Assembly (NCBI GenBank): GCA_027339965.1
Contig: DAHWNL010000081.1
Coordinates: 1-10,510, forward strand
DNA length: 10,510 bases
DNA from: Granulicella sp.
GTDB lineage: Bacteria; Acidobacteriota; Terriglobia; Terriglobales; Acidobacteriaceae
Reading direction: 5' to 3'
A program made the translations under genes and the position numbers. Positions 1 through 7,296 of this stretch are shown here, piece by piece. Below the pieces are notes generated by a model. It was not told the origin of the DNA, did not search any database, and was given only the letters and a program-made list of their open reading frames with translations. Position 1 is the first letter of the stretch; every line of letters begins with the position of its first letter.

Positions 1-1452
1 GCCAAGTACCAGCCCGTGATCGGCCTGGAGGTTCACGTCCAGCTCCTCACCCGCTCCAAGGCCTTCTGCGGCTGCCGAAACGAGTACGGTGGCGAACCCA
101 ACACCCACGTCTGTCCCGTCTGCCTGGGCCTCCCCGGAGCCTTGCCGGTGCTCAACCGCCAGGCCGTGGAGTTCGCCGTGCTGGCCGCCAAAGCCATTGG
201 CTGCCAGATCCGTCAGACCAGCATCTTTGCCCGCAAAAACTACTTCTATCCTGATCTTCCCAAGGGCTACCAGATCTCGCAGTTTGACAAACCCATCGCC
301 GAGCACGGAGAGATCATCGTCTCAGACGCTGAAGGCAATCCCAAGCCGATCGGCGTCACCCGGCTGCATATGGAAGAGGATGCCGGCAAGAGCCTGCACG
401 ACGGCTTTCCGGACTCCGCCTCGCGCAGCTACATCGACCTGAACCGCTGCGGCACGCCGCTGGTGGAGATCGTCTCCGAGCCCGATCTGCGCAGCCCTGA
501 CGAGGCCTTCGAGTACCTAACGCGTCTCAAGGAGATCCTGCTTTACACCGGCGTCTCGGATTGCAACATGGAGGAGGGCTCGCTGCGCTGTGACGCCAAC
601 GTCAGCGTGATGCTCAAAGGTGCGGACAAGTTCGGCGCCAAGGCTGAGGTGAAGAACGTCAACTCCTTCCGCTACATTCGCGCCGCCTTGCAGTATGAGA
701 TCGAGCGTCAGATCGGCATCCTCGAAGAGGGAGGCCGCGTGGTGCAGGAGTCGCGCCTGTGGAACAACGCCGAAGGCCACACCTTCTCCATGCGCAGCAA
801 GGAGCACGCCCACGACTATCGCTACTTCCCAGAGCCCGACCTTCCCCCGCTCGTGGTCGGTCCCCATTGGCAGCAGCAGATCCTCTCCGCCATGCCAGAG
901 CTTCCTGAAGCTCGCCGTACCCGCCTGGCGTCGGAGTTCGGCCTCAGCCCGCAGGACGCTGCTACCCTCACCACGGACCGCGCGCTCGGGGATCTCTTCG
1001 AATCTGCCGCCAAGGCGGCCAAGTCACCCCGGCGGGTTGCAGCCATCTTGCTCAGCGAGATCACCATGCGCCTGCGCGCTGCTGACATCACCCTGGACAA
1101 GAGCCCCATCTCGCTCGCAGGTCTGGTTGCAGCCGCTGACCTGGCTGAGTCTGGAGCCATCAGCAGCAAACAGCTCAAGCAACTGCTCGATAGCTGTTTC
1201 ACTGAGGGCAGCGACTTCACCGCCATCTACGATCGCGACAAACCACAGCAGATCTCTGACGCCTCAGCCATTGAAACCATGATCGATCAGGTGATCGCTG
1301 CCAATCCCGCTCAGGTGGCGCAGTTCAAAGCCGGCAAGCGCACCGTCTCCGCCTTCTTCATCGGGCAGGTGATGCGGCTCAGCAAAGGCCAGGTAAACCC
1401 GGTGCTGCTCAATGAGCTGGTGGTAAAAAAACTGGACGAGTTGGCAGTCTGA
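1..1452 (+). CDS. gatB: Asp-tRNA(Asn)/Glu-tRNA(Gln) amidotransferase subunit B, 5'-truncated at window edge
   Basis: Frame is open from base 1 (AKYQPVIGLEVHVQL), so the true start lies upstream of the window and GTG 16 is internal. GatB motifs present: IGLEVH, CPVCLGLPGALP, RKNYFYPDLPKGYQISQ, HMEEDAGK, DLNRCGTPLVEIVSEPD, EGSLRCDANVS, RSKE..HDYRYFPEPDL, and a C-terminal YqeY-like tail (FFIGQVMR). Stop TGA 1450-1452. Confidence 0.99.
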   Translation, partial: AKYQPVIGLEVHVQLLTRSKAFCGCRNEYGGEPNTHVCPVCLGLPGALPVLNRQAVEFAVLAAKAIGCQIRQTSIFARKNYFYPDLPKGYQISQFDKPIAEHGEIIVSDAEGNPKPIGVTRLHMEEDAGKSLHDGFPDSASRSYIDLNRCGTPLVEIVSEPDLRSPDEAFEYLTRLKEILLYTGVSDCNMEEGSLRCDANVSVMLKGADKFGAKAEVKNVNSFRYIRAALQYEIERQIGILEEGGRVVQESRLWNNAEGHTFSMRSKEHAHDYRYFPEPDLPPLVVGPHWQQQILSAMPELPEARRTRLASEFGLSPQDAATLTTDRALGDLFESAAKAAKSPRRVAAILLSEITMRLRAADITLDKSPISLAGLVAAADLAESGAISSKQLKQLLDSCFTEGSDFTAIYDRDKPQQISDASAIETMIDQVIAANPAQVAQFKAGKRTVSAFFIGQVMRLSKGQVNPVLLNELVVKKLDELAV

Positions 1453-1536
1453 AAACCCGCTGAGTCGGCAGTCTTGAAACCAGACGATCTGGCAGTCTTA
1501 AAACCAGACAGATCCTTGCAAAATGCCAACCAGACG
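1427..1536 (+). repeat. Degenerate 24-bp tandem repeat spanning the gatB stop codon (3 full copies plus 2 decayed copies)
   Basis: 1427 aaaaactggacgagttggcagtct / 1451 gaaaacccgctgagtcggcagtct / 1475 tgaaaccagacgatctggcagtct / 1499 taaaaccagacagatccttgca, plus a trace aaccagacg at 1528. GGCAGTCT recurs at 1443, 1467 and 1491. Confidence 0.9.
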
Positions 1537-1627
1537 CCCCGCACCTCGGCCAGGGTCAGGCGCTCAACCCTCCCGATCCGGCAGCGTGCTAGGCGAACAG
1601 CTTGGGCTGTGCTCGCGTGCTCCCTGC

Positions 1628-3082
1628 CTACTGTTCGTAGCCTCCGGCCTGAACCCCGGTGTAGTCGTGCTCCGGTTGACCAGCGCGAGCAAACTCCCGC
1701 CGCTGCAGCTCCGGCGCATAGGAGCGATAGACGCTGATGTGGAAACAGGCTTGCTGAAACTCCTCCTCCACATCCAGCTTGCCGGCTTGCATCAGTGGCC
1801 GTAGATACAGTCGCATCCACGCAATCTCCACCCTCGTCATGCCGTGCTTGCCAAAGTCCATGGCCTCGCCGGTAAGATGCGGTGAGGCCAGATCCCCCTC
1901 GATCCCCGCGGCGTTGCCATTCACCCTGCGCAGCCGCAACTGGTAGGCCACCGTCCGTACCGCGGAGTTCACCTGCAGGGGCTCATGGAAACGCGCATAG
2001 TAGGCGCGCGCAATGTCGGTGGCAAACAGCACCGTCCACGGCCTCGCGCAACGCCGATCGCTCTCCAACTCCGGATTCACCCGCAGCGCGGCGCTCTCCG
2101 GAAAGTCCAGCAGCAGATGGTCAGCGCGCATCTGCCGCAACTCCGCATCATCCTCTACCCGGTTCAGTCCCTCCGCATCGGCCATCACGTTCTGATGCTC
2201 CAGAATCTCCCGCGACCCACGCAGAGGCGGCGTCACCGCCAGGCGTCCATTGTGATACAACACCGGCTCAACGACCGGCGAAACCATCGGCTGCACAGCG
2301 GTCTGCGCCACCCCCACCGCCGGCTGCTCGCGCAAATCGGTCCCAGCCCCTGGGGCCATGCTGGGTTCAGGAGCGTCGCGCCGCTCGGGCCGCGCCTCCG
2401 CCACATCGGCGCTCGTCTCGGCCTCCGGCGATGCTCCAACCGCCTGCGGAGCTACGCTCACATCCTCATCCGGATGAGCAACCCCCGTCGCATAGCCTCC
2501 CGTCATGGCTTCGCCTTCCCCGGAGGCTTCTTCCACGCCTCGATTCGAACCAGGATCCAGAACCGGCTGCCGCCCGCTCGCTCTCTCCTCCGCTGGCCCT
2601 AACCCATTGCCTCTGCCGGCCTCGGCCAGAACCTCTGGCTCGCCGCTTCTGAACCTGCGCCGCCGGCGCCGGCGGCGCAGGTTCACTCGACGTGTCTCGG
2701 GCGCACCGCCTCTTCCTCTCCTCGCGCTCCTGGCCACGCGGACATGGCTCGTGCGGTGAGGCTCGTGGGCGGAATGCAACCGGCGTCCCCGCTCCGCTCC
2801 CGGCCGGTAGCTGCCCTCTTTGCGGGCGGCAGAAGCCGGCGCCGTTCTGTGCGTCGCGGCGCGCACGTTCCCGGCTCGCTGCGTGCTTCGGTGCGCGTTA
2901 CGGCGTACAACTCGGTGACGGATGTGCGGCGTCGTATATACCACAGTGTGCGCTGAGGCTCCCGAGCACACCACCATCCCCCCTAGCAGGCTCAGTACAA
3001 AAATCAGCGCTGTCACGCGCGACCTATGCCTGTTCGCGCGCTCGCCTTCTACCGGCGAAGCTTGGCCCAACTGCGTCATCAT
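1628..3082 (-). CDS. Secreted DUF5715-like protein with a C-terminal Hedgehog/DD-peptidase (peptidase M15-like) zinc domain and a long low-complexity N-terminus
   Basis: Signal-peptide-like segment RHRSRVTALIFVLSLLGGMVVCSGASA. Arg/His-rich then Glu/Pro/Ala-rich linker. C-terminal VNSAVRT...SPHLTGEAMD (H-x6-D)...ACFHISV. Start uncertain (ATG 3082/3079 or GTG 3016). Family name is from recognition, not from a search. Confidence 0.8.
   Translation of the reverse strand: MMTQLGQASPVEGERANRHRSRVTALIFVLSLLGGMVVCSGASAHTVVYTTPHIRHRVVRRNAHRSTQRAGNVRAATHRTAPASAARKEGSYRPGAERGRRLHSAHEPHRTSHVRVARSARRGRGGAPETRRVNLRRRRRRRRFRSGEPEVLAEAGRGNGLGPAEERASGRQPVLDPGSNRGVEEASGEGEAMTGGYATGVAHPDEDVSVAPQAVGASPEAETSADVAEARPERRDAPEPSMAPGAGTDLREQPAVGVAQTAVQPMVSPVVEPVLYHNGRLAVTPPLRGSREILEHQNVMADAEGLNRVEDDAELRQMRADHLLLDFPESAALRVNPELESDRRCARPWTVLFATDIARAYYARFHEPLQVNSAVRTVAYQLRLRRVNGNAAGIEGDLASPHLTGEAMDFGKHGMTRVEIAWMRLYLRPLMQAGKLDVEEEFQQACFHISVYRSYAPELQRREFARAGQPEHDYTGVQAGGYEQ
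2650..2685. repeat. Perfect 36-bp palindrome inside the DUF5715-like CDS
   Basis: tgaacctgcgccgccggc|gccggcggcgcaggttca; all 18 base pairs checked as complementary. Confidence 0.97.
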
Positions 3083-3090
3083 CTGTCCAG

Positions 3091-3096
3091 ATTTTA
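3091..3096 (-). promoter_or_regulatory. Candidate sigma70 -10 element (TAAAAT) for the DUF5715-like gene
   Basis: Minus strand reads cctt-TAAAAT-ctggacag-ATG(3082). No consensus -35 at 17 bp. Confidence 0.35.
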
Positions 3097-3489
3097 AAGG
3101 TGGCCGCGAAGCCGCCGAGCCTCTATAGGCTATCGCTTCGCACCCAATCCGTCATAGTGCCCTGGCAGATTCATACTACCGGAAGGAATACACCCGCTGG
3201 TCCGGGGCTGGACGCGCCAACATGCCGGATCCATTCACTGCGCCTGCCTAAGCCTCGATCCCGAGCATCCAGCCCGAGGCCTTACGCCAAACGATTCTTC
3301 ACTTTAGCCTTCGCAGTCGCGTCCAGCAGCAAAGTGGCTTCGTGACCAGGTCGTGAGCAGATGCATCCTCTCAACTCGCGCTGTACGCATTCCACCCTCT
3401 GGCCGCCCCAATCCCAGGGTCCCAAATAGCGACAACTCCCGCGCCGCCGAAAAGCGGGCAGCCTCCCTTCTCATGAAACGCCCAAAGCT

Positions 3490-5286
3490 CTACTGCTTGC
3501 CCGGATGGCCTGCTGCGCCACTCCAATCCTGCCGCGTAGCGATAGGCACATACCCCACCTCCATGCCCGGTGGCGGGGTCACAATCAACGCCGGATCAAT
3601 ATCCGCCAGCCTGCCCACAGTGGGCGGAGGCAGATAGTTCCGGTCTTTGGTCCAGTGCCTTTGGATCATCTCCACACGCTTCTGCAAGTTCTCCCGTTCT
3701 GCTGGAGTCAGGTCGGCATTCAGCAACGCAGGCTGGTCGGCAAATCGATACCAGTAATAGGTCACCGTACTGCCGTCTTCCAGATGCGCCTTGAATGGTC
3801 CTGACGCAGGGCCGGGCTCCTTCCAGCAACTCTCAGGATTATCAGGTGTCACGAGTGCTTTCGGGTGCTCTTCGGGCCGAGTAAATTGGGTCCTCGTCAA
3901 ACCCGTTTCAGCAGGAACATCTTTGGCTTCTATGGGAACCCACTCCGGCTTTCCATTGTCGGCCTTCGTCAAACGGTAATATTGCGGCAGTTCCGCCAAG
4001 GCGCCATTCCTGGTCACCTTCCTCTTAACCAGTTGCTTGTTCCACTGGTAACCGTAGGTGATGGGATTCGGAGCCACCGGTTTCACCATGGAACTCCACT
4101 GTATGGGCGTCCGGTTTGCCCAGGTCAGCTTTCGCCCCGAGAGATCAATGCTCCAGGTAGCTCTCCCCGTGGCGCTAAAGGTGTACACGCTCGCGTCGTC
4201 GGGGTTAATCGCTCCGCTGGGCGCTGGCCCACCTTGGAACCAGGCATTCACTTCGTCCCACAGCGCCCTCTTGTTGTAAGACATCACCCGGTTCAGCACC
4301 ACCGACTCATCATCCGATCCCAGCGGAAACTGCATCTGCGTTACGCGCGCGTACGTGTTCCCCTTCGCGTCCGTAGCCATATCCGCGGGAATAAATTGCG
4401 TCTCCATCTCGATTGCTCGATTCGGATCGGCGGGGCTCGTATCCAAAAGCTTACCCGCCAGTTGTGGATACACCAGAGCCCAGTGGGACCAGAAATACGG
4501 GGCGAAGAACGCAACCGGACCCTTGAAGTTTCCCGTGTTCAGAAACAAAGTCCAGCAGTTGTTTCCCGTGGGAATCTTCCTCCCGTCGGTGGTGGCTTTG
4601 GGCTCGGTGAGGGGCAGCGCCAGGTAGCCATAGCCCACCAGCCCTCCTACCGTGCCTTCTTTGATGTTCAGGCCATCCGGCGGGAACAGTAACCACGGAC
4701 TCAGTTGCACCACGCCATACTGGCCCTCCGGGTGGTTCCAATCATCTCCTTTGCCCACACCCGGACCGTTGGCCCATGCTCCAAAATTTGGAGCCACGCC
4801 GCCCATAATGAACTTCGGCGCGTCGGAGGCAAATTGCGTGCTATTCCACCAACCCAGGCCGCCCTCGACATCGGAATACATATGGCCATGCCCGTGCGGA
4901 TTCTCTTTAGCGAACATCCACGTGCCTAACAGACCCGATTGAAAACTCGCTCCCGGGTATATCTTCAACAAAGGCCACGCGGCAGAATACATGGAGAACC
5001 CGGCACCGTAAGAGTCAGGAACGTTCGTGTGCGGTACGATCAGATACCCCGCCATCTCTGCCTTCTGCACATCGTTCGCGGCGTAGGCTCCAAATGTCGC
5101 CGAACAGACAAAGATCAGGACCAGGAGCCTTGCGCACCATCTCAAAATCCCTGTGCCCGTTCCGGCTTTGCGTCTCGCCGGCGCTAGCTGTTGGAATCCA
5201 GCCTGCACCGCACAGACGTCTGCTCTTGCGCGGTCAACACACTTTGCACTCGCACGCTCAAATTGCAATTGCCGCAGATGGAGCAT
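3490..5286 (-). CDS. Secreted uncharacterised protein (~598 aa, Trp/Gly/Pro-rich)
   Basis: Long ORF with globular-protein composition. SD-like GAGGGTG upstream of ATG 5286. Signal-peptide-like LRWCARLLVLIFVCSATFGAYA, so the true start could be further downstream. Motif-like blocks: YSDVEGGLGWW, KFIMGG, YGVVQLSPWLLFPPDG, CWTLFLNTGNFKGPVAFF, TYYWYRFADQPAL. No function recognised. Confidence 0.88.
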   Translation of the reverse strand: MLHLRQLQFERASAKCVDRARADVCAVQAGFQQLAPARRKAGTGTGILRWCARLLVLIFVCSATFGAYAANDVQKAEMAGYLIVPHTNVPDSYGAGFSMYSAAWPLLKIYPGASFQSGLLGTWMFAKENPHGHGHMYSDVEGGLGWWNSTQFASDAPKFIMGGVAPNFGAWANGPGVGKGDDWNHPEGQYGVVQLSPWLLFPPDGLNIKEGTVGGLVGYGYLALPLTEPKATTDGRKIPTGNNCWTLFLNTGNFKGPVAFFAPYFWSHWALVYPQLAGKLLDTSPADPNRAIEMETQFIPADMATDAKGNTYARVTQMQFPLGSDDESVVLNRVMSYNKRALWDEVNAWFQGGPAPSGAINPDDASVYTFSATGRATWSIDLSGRKLTWANRTPIQWSSMVKPVAPNPITYGYQWNKQLVKRKVTRNGALAELPQYYRLTKADNGKPEWVPIEAKDVPAETGLTRTQFTRPEEHPKALVTPDNPESCWKEPGPASGPFKAHLEDGSTVTYYWYRFADQPALLNADLTPAERENLQKRVEMIQRHWTKDRNYLPPPTVGRLADIDPALIVTPPPGMEVGYVPIATRQDWSGAAGHPGKQ

Positions 5287-5314
5287 CGGTTCACCCTCTC
5301 AATCGAACTGTCGG

Positions 5315-5382
5315 ATTGGAATTCAAATTGAAAATGCTGATCCAATAATTGCCTTGGAGGCATCTGGACGTATACAGTATAC
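5315..5382 (-). promoter_or_regulatory. AT-rich promoter/operator region of the uncharacterised gene, including GTATAC-A-GTATAC
   Basis: GTATACAGTATAC at 5370-5382 overlaps a minus-strand TATACT -10-like hexamer (5376-5381). ATTGGA(5315)...TCCAAT(5341) encloses TTCAA-A-TTGAA (5322-5332). Confidence 0.5.
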
Positions 5383-5682
5383 ATATCCTCCGTGGTCCGC
5401 AGAGAGAGGAAAAGAAGGGTTGCGCGAAATATGGCCTGCGCTACCCACCAGCGAAGCCATGTGTCCAATGCCCAGCAAAGCATTGCTAGCCGGAGCGCTC
5501 CCGGTATGGAAACCATTCAGACCCAGAGACCCCTTGGCCGGTCAACCATCACCCCTGCCCGCAGAGCCCGGAATCTACTGGGCGCGCTCGCAAAGAACGT
5601 CTCCCCCCCGTTTAGCTACGCTCATCTCCCGCTTGGTTGTCGTGCACCCGTTCCTGCCGCCGGCTTCTCGTTGTCTCGCCCG

Positions 5683-7296
5683 TCAGTAAGCCCGCGGATA
5701 CATCCGAGACATGCGATCATGCCAGCCCAGGCTGTCGTGATCCAGCACCATCCACACCAGGCCTAGACCAAGCGGGCACGCCGCCAGAGCGGTTGTGATC
5801 AGCCTGCGGCGCATCTCCCGGCGCGATGGATTCCTCTCGTGGAAGGTGCAGAAGGCCAGGCGCGCGGCTCGCATTCCCGGCGTCGCATCATTCAAGGTAA
5901 AGAACAACACCTGATAGATCAGCAGAAAGGCGAGAAGGACCCCGGCTGCCGACCCGGCCAGCAACGGAAAGGGCGTCCTCGCCAGGGAACTGTTCCCGGC
6001 CAGCCGCACCGCCACCGCGCAAGCCGCGGCAAAGCCACAGCCAACGCAGACCAAATCCACCCCAGCCGACAAGATACGCCGCCGTACGGGAGCCACATAC
6101 ATCGGCTGATCCAGATGAAGATGCTCCTCCATCGCCGCAGAAATAACCACCCGCGCCTCGGCTGCCGGCCCTGCGTTCAACATCATCCCCTGCCACACCG
6201 GAGCATCCGTCAGTTCTGGAGCCGGCACGGCTGGCGCCGACGCGGTTGAGATCTGCTCCGGCTCGACCTCGAAGATGCGAAGCTGGGAAGCCGACGCTCT
6301 CTCCGCGCGGGAAGCCGTCTCCGCGCCCTGCGGCAGCGCCCCCGGCACAACTCCGTCGCCGCGCAAAGGGCCCTCCGCCAGCCGTGGACGAGCCTTTCGC
6401 GGAGCCACCAGCTCGCGCGGAAATTCGATGATGTTTGCCGGTATAGGCTGCGGCTCAAACAGGATGTCGTCGAACTCCGGAGCCCGCCGGAATTCAATCT
6501 CCTCATCCAGTTCGGCTAGTTCTTCGGTCGCTGTCGGCCACTGCGGTGAAGGTGCGCAGCGGGTCTCAACCGGCAAGGAAAGTCCTACCTCACGGGGCAG
6601 CAGCACCTGCAACTGTGCTGGTGAAAACGCGCCTGCAGGACCAGCCGTGGCCGCAAAGTCAAAGCCAGGCTGCGCATCTTCCCGCTCCAGCCGATCTTCT
6701 CTCCCATCGGATGGCTGCCGCTGGAGCCCACCAGAGATCGTCTCTGCCGCAGTCTGGAACAGGGGCCGAGACCGGTGCTCGAACGCGGTCTCTTCTCCGC
6801 TTGGGAGGCCGTCCCTCCGCGCGCCATCCTTCGCGCTCTGGCTCTGTAGTCTATCCTCCACCGGCCCCGCCGTCTCCAGTGGCGGACGCTCCGCGCACAA
6901 CTCGTCTGGAGTGGCCGGTGCTGCTGGTTTGCCCCACTGCTCCATCTCATCCAGAAGTTGGCGCTGCGCCTCTGCCACGGCCTTTGCGGTGCGTGTGGCC
7001 ATCTCAGCCTGGGCCTGGGCCTGCTCCAGCGCGCGCTCGGCCTCTCGAGCGAGAAACTCGCGATAGCTCTGACTCTTCCGATACCTTGCCGCAACCGCGT
7101 CGCGCACCCGGGCTACCTCCGGCGGAGCCTCCGGGCGCGCCGGCACTGCCTGTACCTGCTGGCTGGATAAGGCTGAGCGGCGGTGGCGATGCGCCGCTAA
7201 GCGTTCGGCGGCGAGCTGCTTCAAGGCGCTGCGGCGGCTCAACCCGGCCGACAGAAGGGCTTCGGATGGATCTTCGCGTTGCGCCGCACTGCTCAT
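5683..7296 (-). CDS. RDD family membrane protein with a long soluble N-terminal extension (537 aa)
   Basis: C-terminal RDD domain: APVRRRILSAGVD, hydrophobic helices, ATPGMRAARL, WHDRMSRMY. Start moved from 7437 to ATG 7296 (MSSAAQRED): it has an upstream AAGGA, avoids overlap with lptD, and leaves the AT-rich tract non-coding. Confidence 0.88.
   Translation of the reverse strand: MSSAAQREDPSEALLSAGLSRRSALKQLAAERLAAHRHRRSALSSQQVQAVPARPEAPPEVARVRDAVAARYRKSQSYREFLAREAERALEQAQAQAEMATRTAKAVAEAQRQLLDEMEQWGKPAAPATPDELCAERPPLETAGPVEDRLQSQSAKDGARRDGLPSGEETAFEHRSRPLFQTAAETISGGLQRQPSDGREDRLEREDAQPGFDFAATAGPAGAFSPAQLQVLLPREVGLSLPVETRCAPSPQWPTATEELAELDEEIEFRRAPEFDDILFEPQPIPANIIEFPRELVAPRKARPRLAEGPLRGDGVVPGALPQGAETASRAERASASQLRIFEVEPEQISTASAPAVPAPELTDAPVWQGMMLNAGPAAEARVVISAAMEEHLHLDQPMYVAPVRRRILSAGVDLVCVGCGFAAACAVAVRLAGNSSLARTPFPLLAGSAAGVLLAFLLIYQVLFFTLNDATPGMRAARLAFCTFHERNPSRREMRRRLITTALAACPLGLGLVWMVLDHDSLGWHDRMSRMYPRAY

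Noticed and set aside
1427..1536. Mini-CRISPR interpretation of the recurring GGCAGTCT
   Set aside because: Period is only 24 bp, the intervening sequences resemble each other, and no cas genes are in the window.
1593..1616. Hairpin gcgaacagc-ttgg-gctgtgctcgc as a terminator between the convergent genes
   Set aside because: Short bulged stem with no U-tract on either side; too weak to call.
1450..1737. Selenocysteine readthrough of the gatB TGA, or an independent 87 aa ORF at 1474-1737
   Set aside because: GatB is complete before the TGA, no SECIS-like hairpin is recognised, and the extension is non-protein-like and overlaps the convergent gene by 110 bp.
5330..5348. Fur box
   Set aside because: Only 10 of 19 positions match GATAATGATAATCATTATC by manual alignment.
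5364..5377. LexA (SOS) box CTG...CAG
   Set aside because: Spacing is CTG-N8-CAG rather than the gammaproteobacterial N10, and that box type is not expected in this lineage.
5184..5516. 110 aa minus-strand ORF containing CSICGNC
   Set aside because: It overlaps the start of the real gene and its promoter region, has a single CxxC cluster, and resembles no family I recognise.
3415..5557. CAGGG...CCCTG flanking the uncharacterised gene as transposon ends
   Set aside because: Complementarity stops after 5 bp, and no target duplication or transposase is seen.
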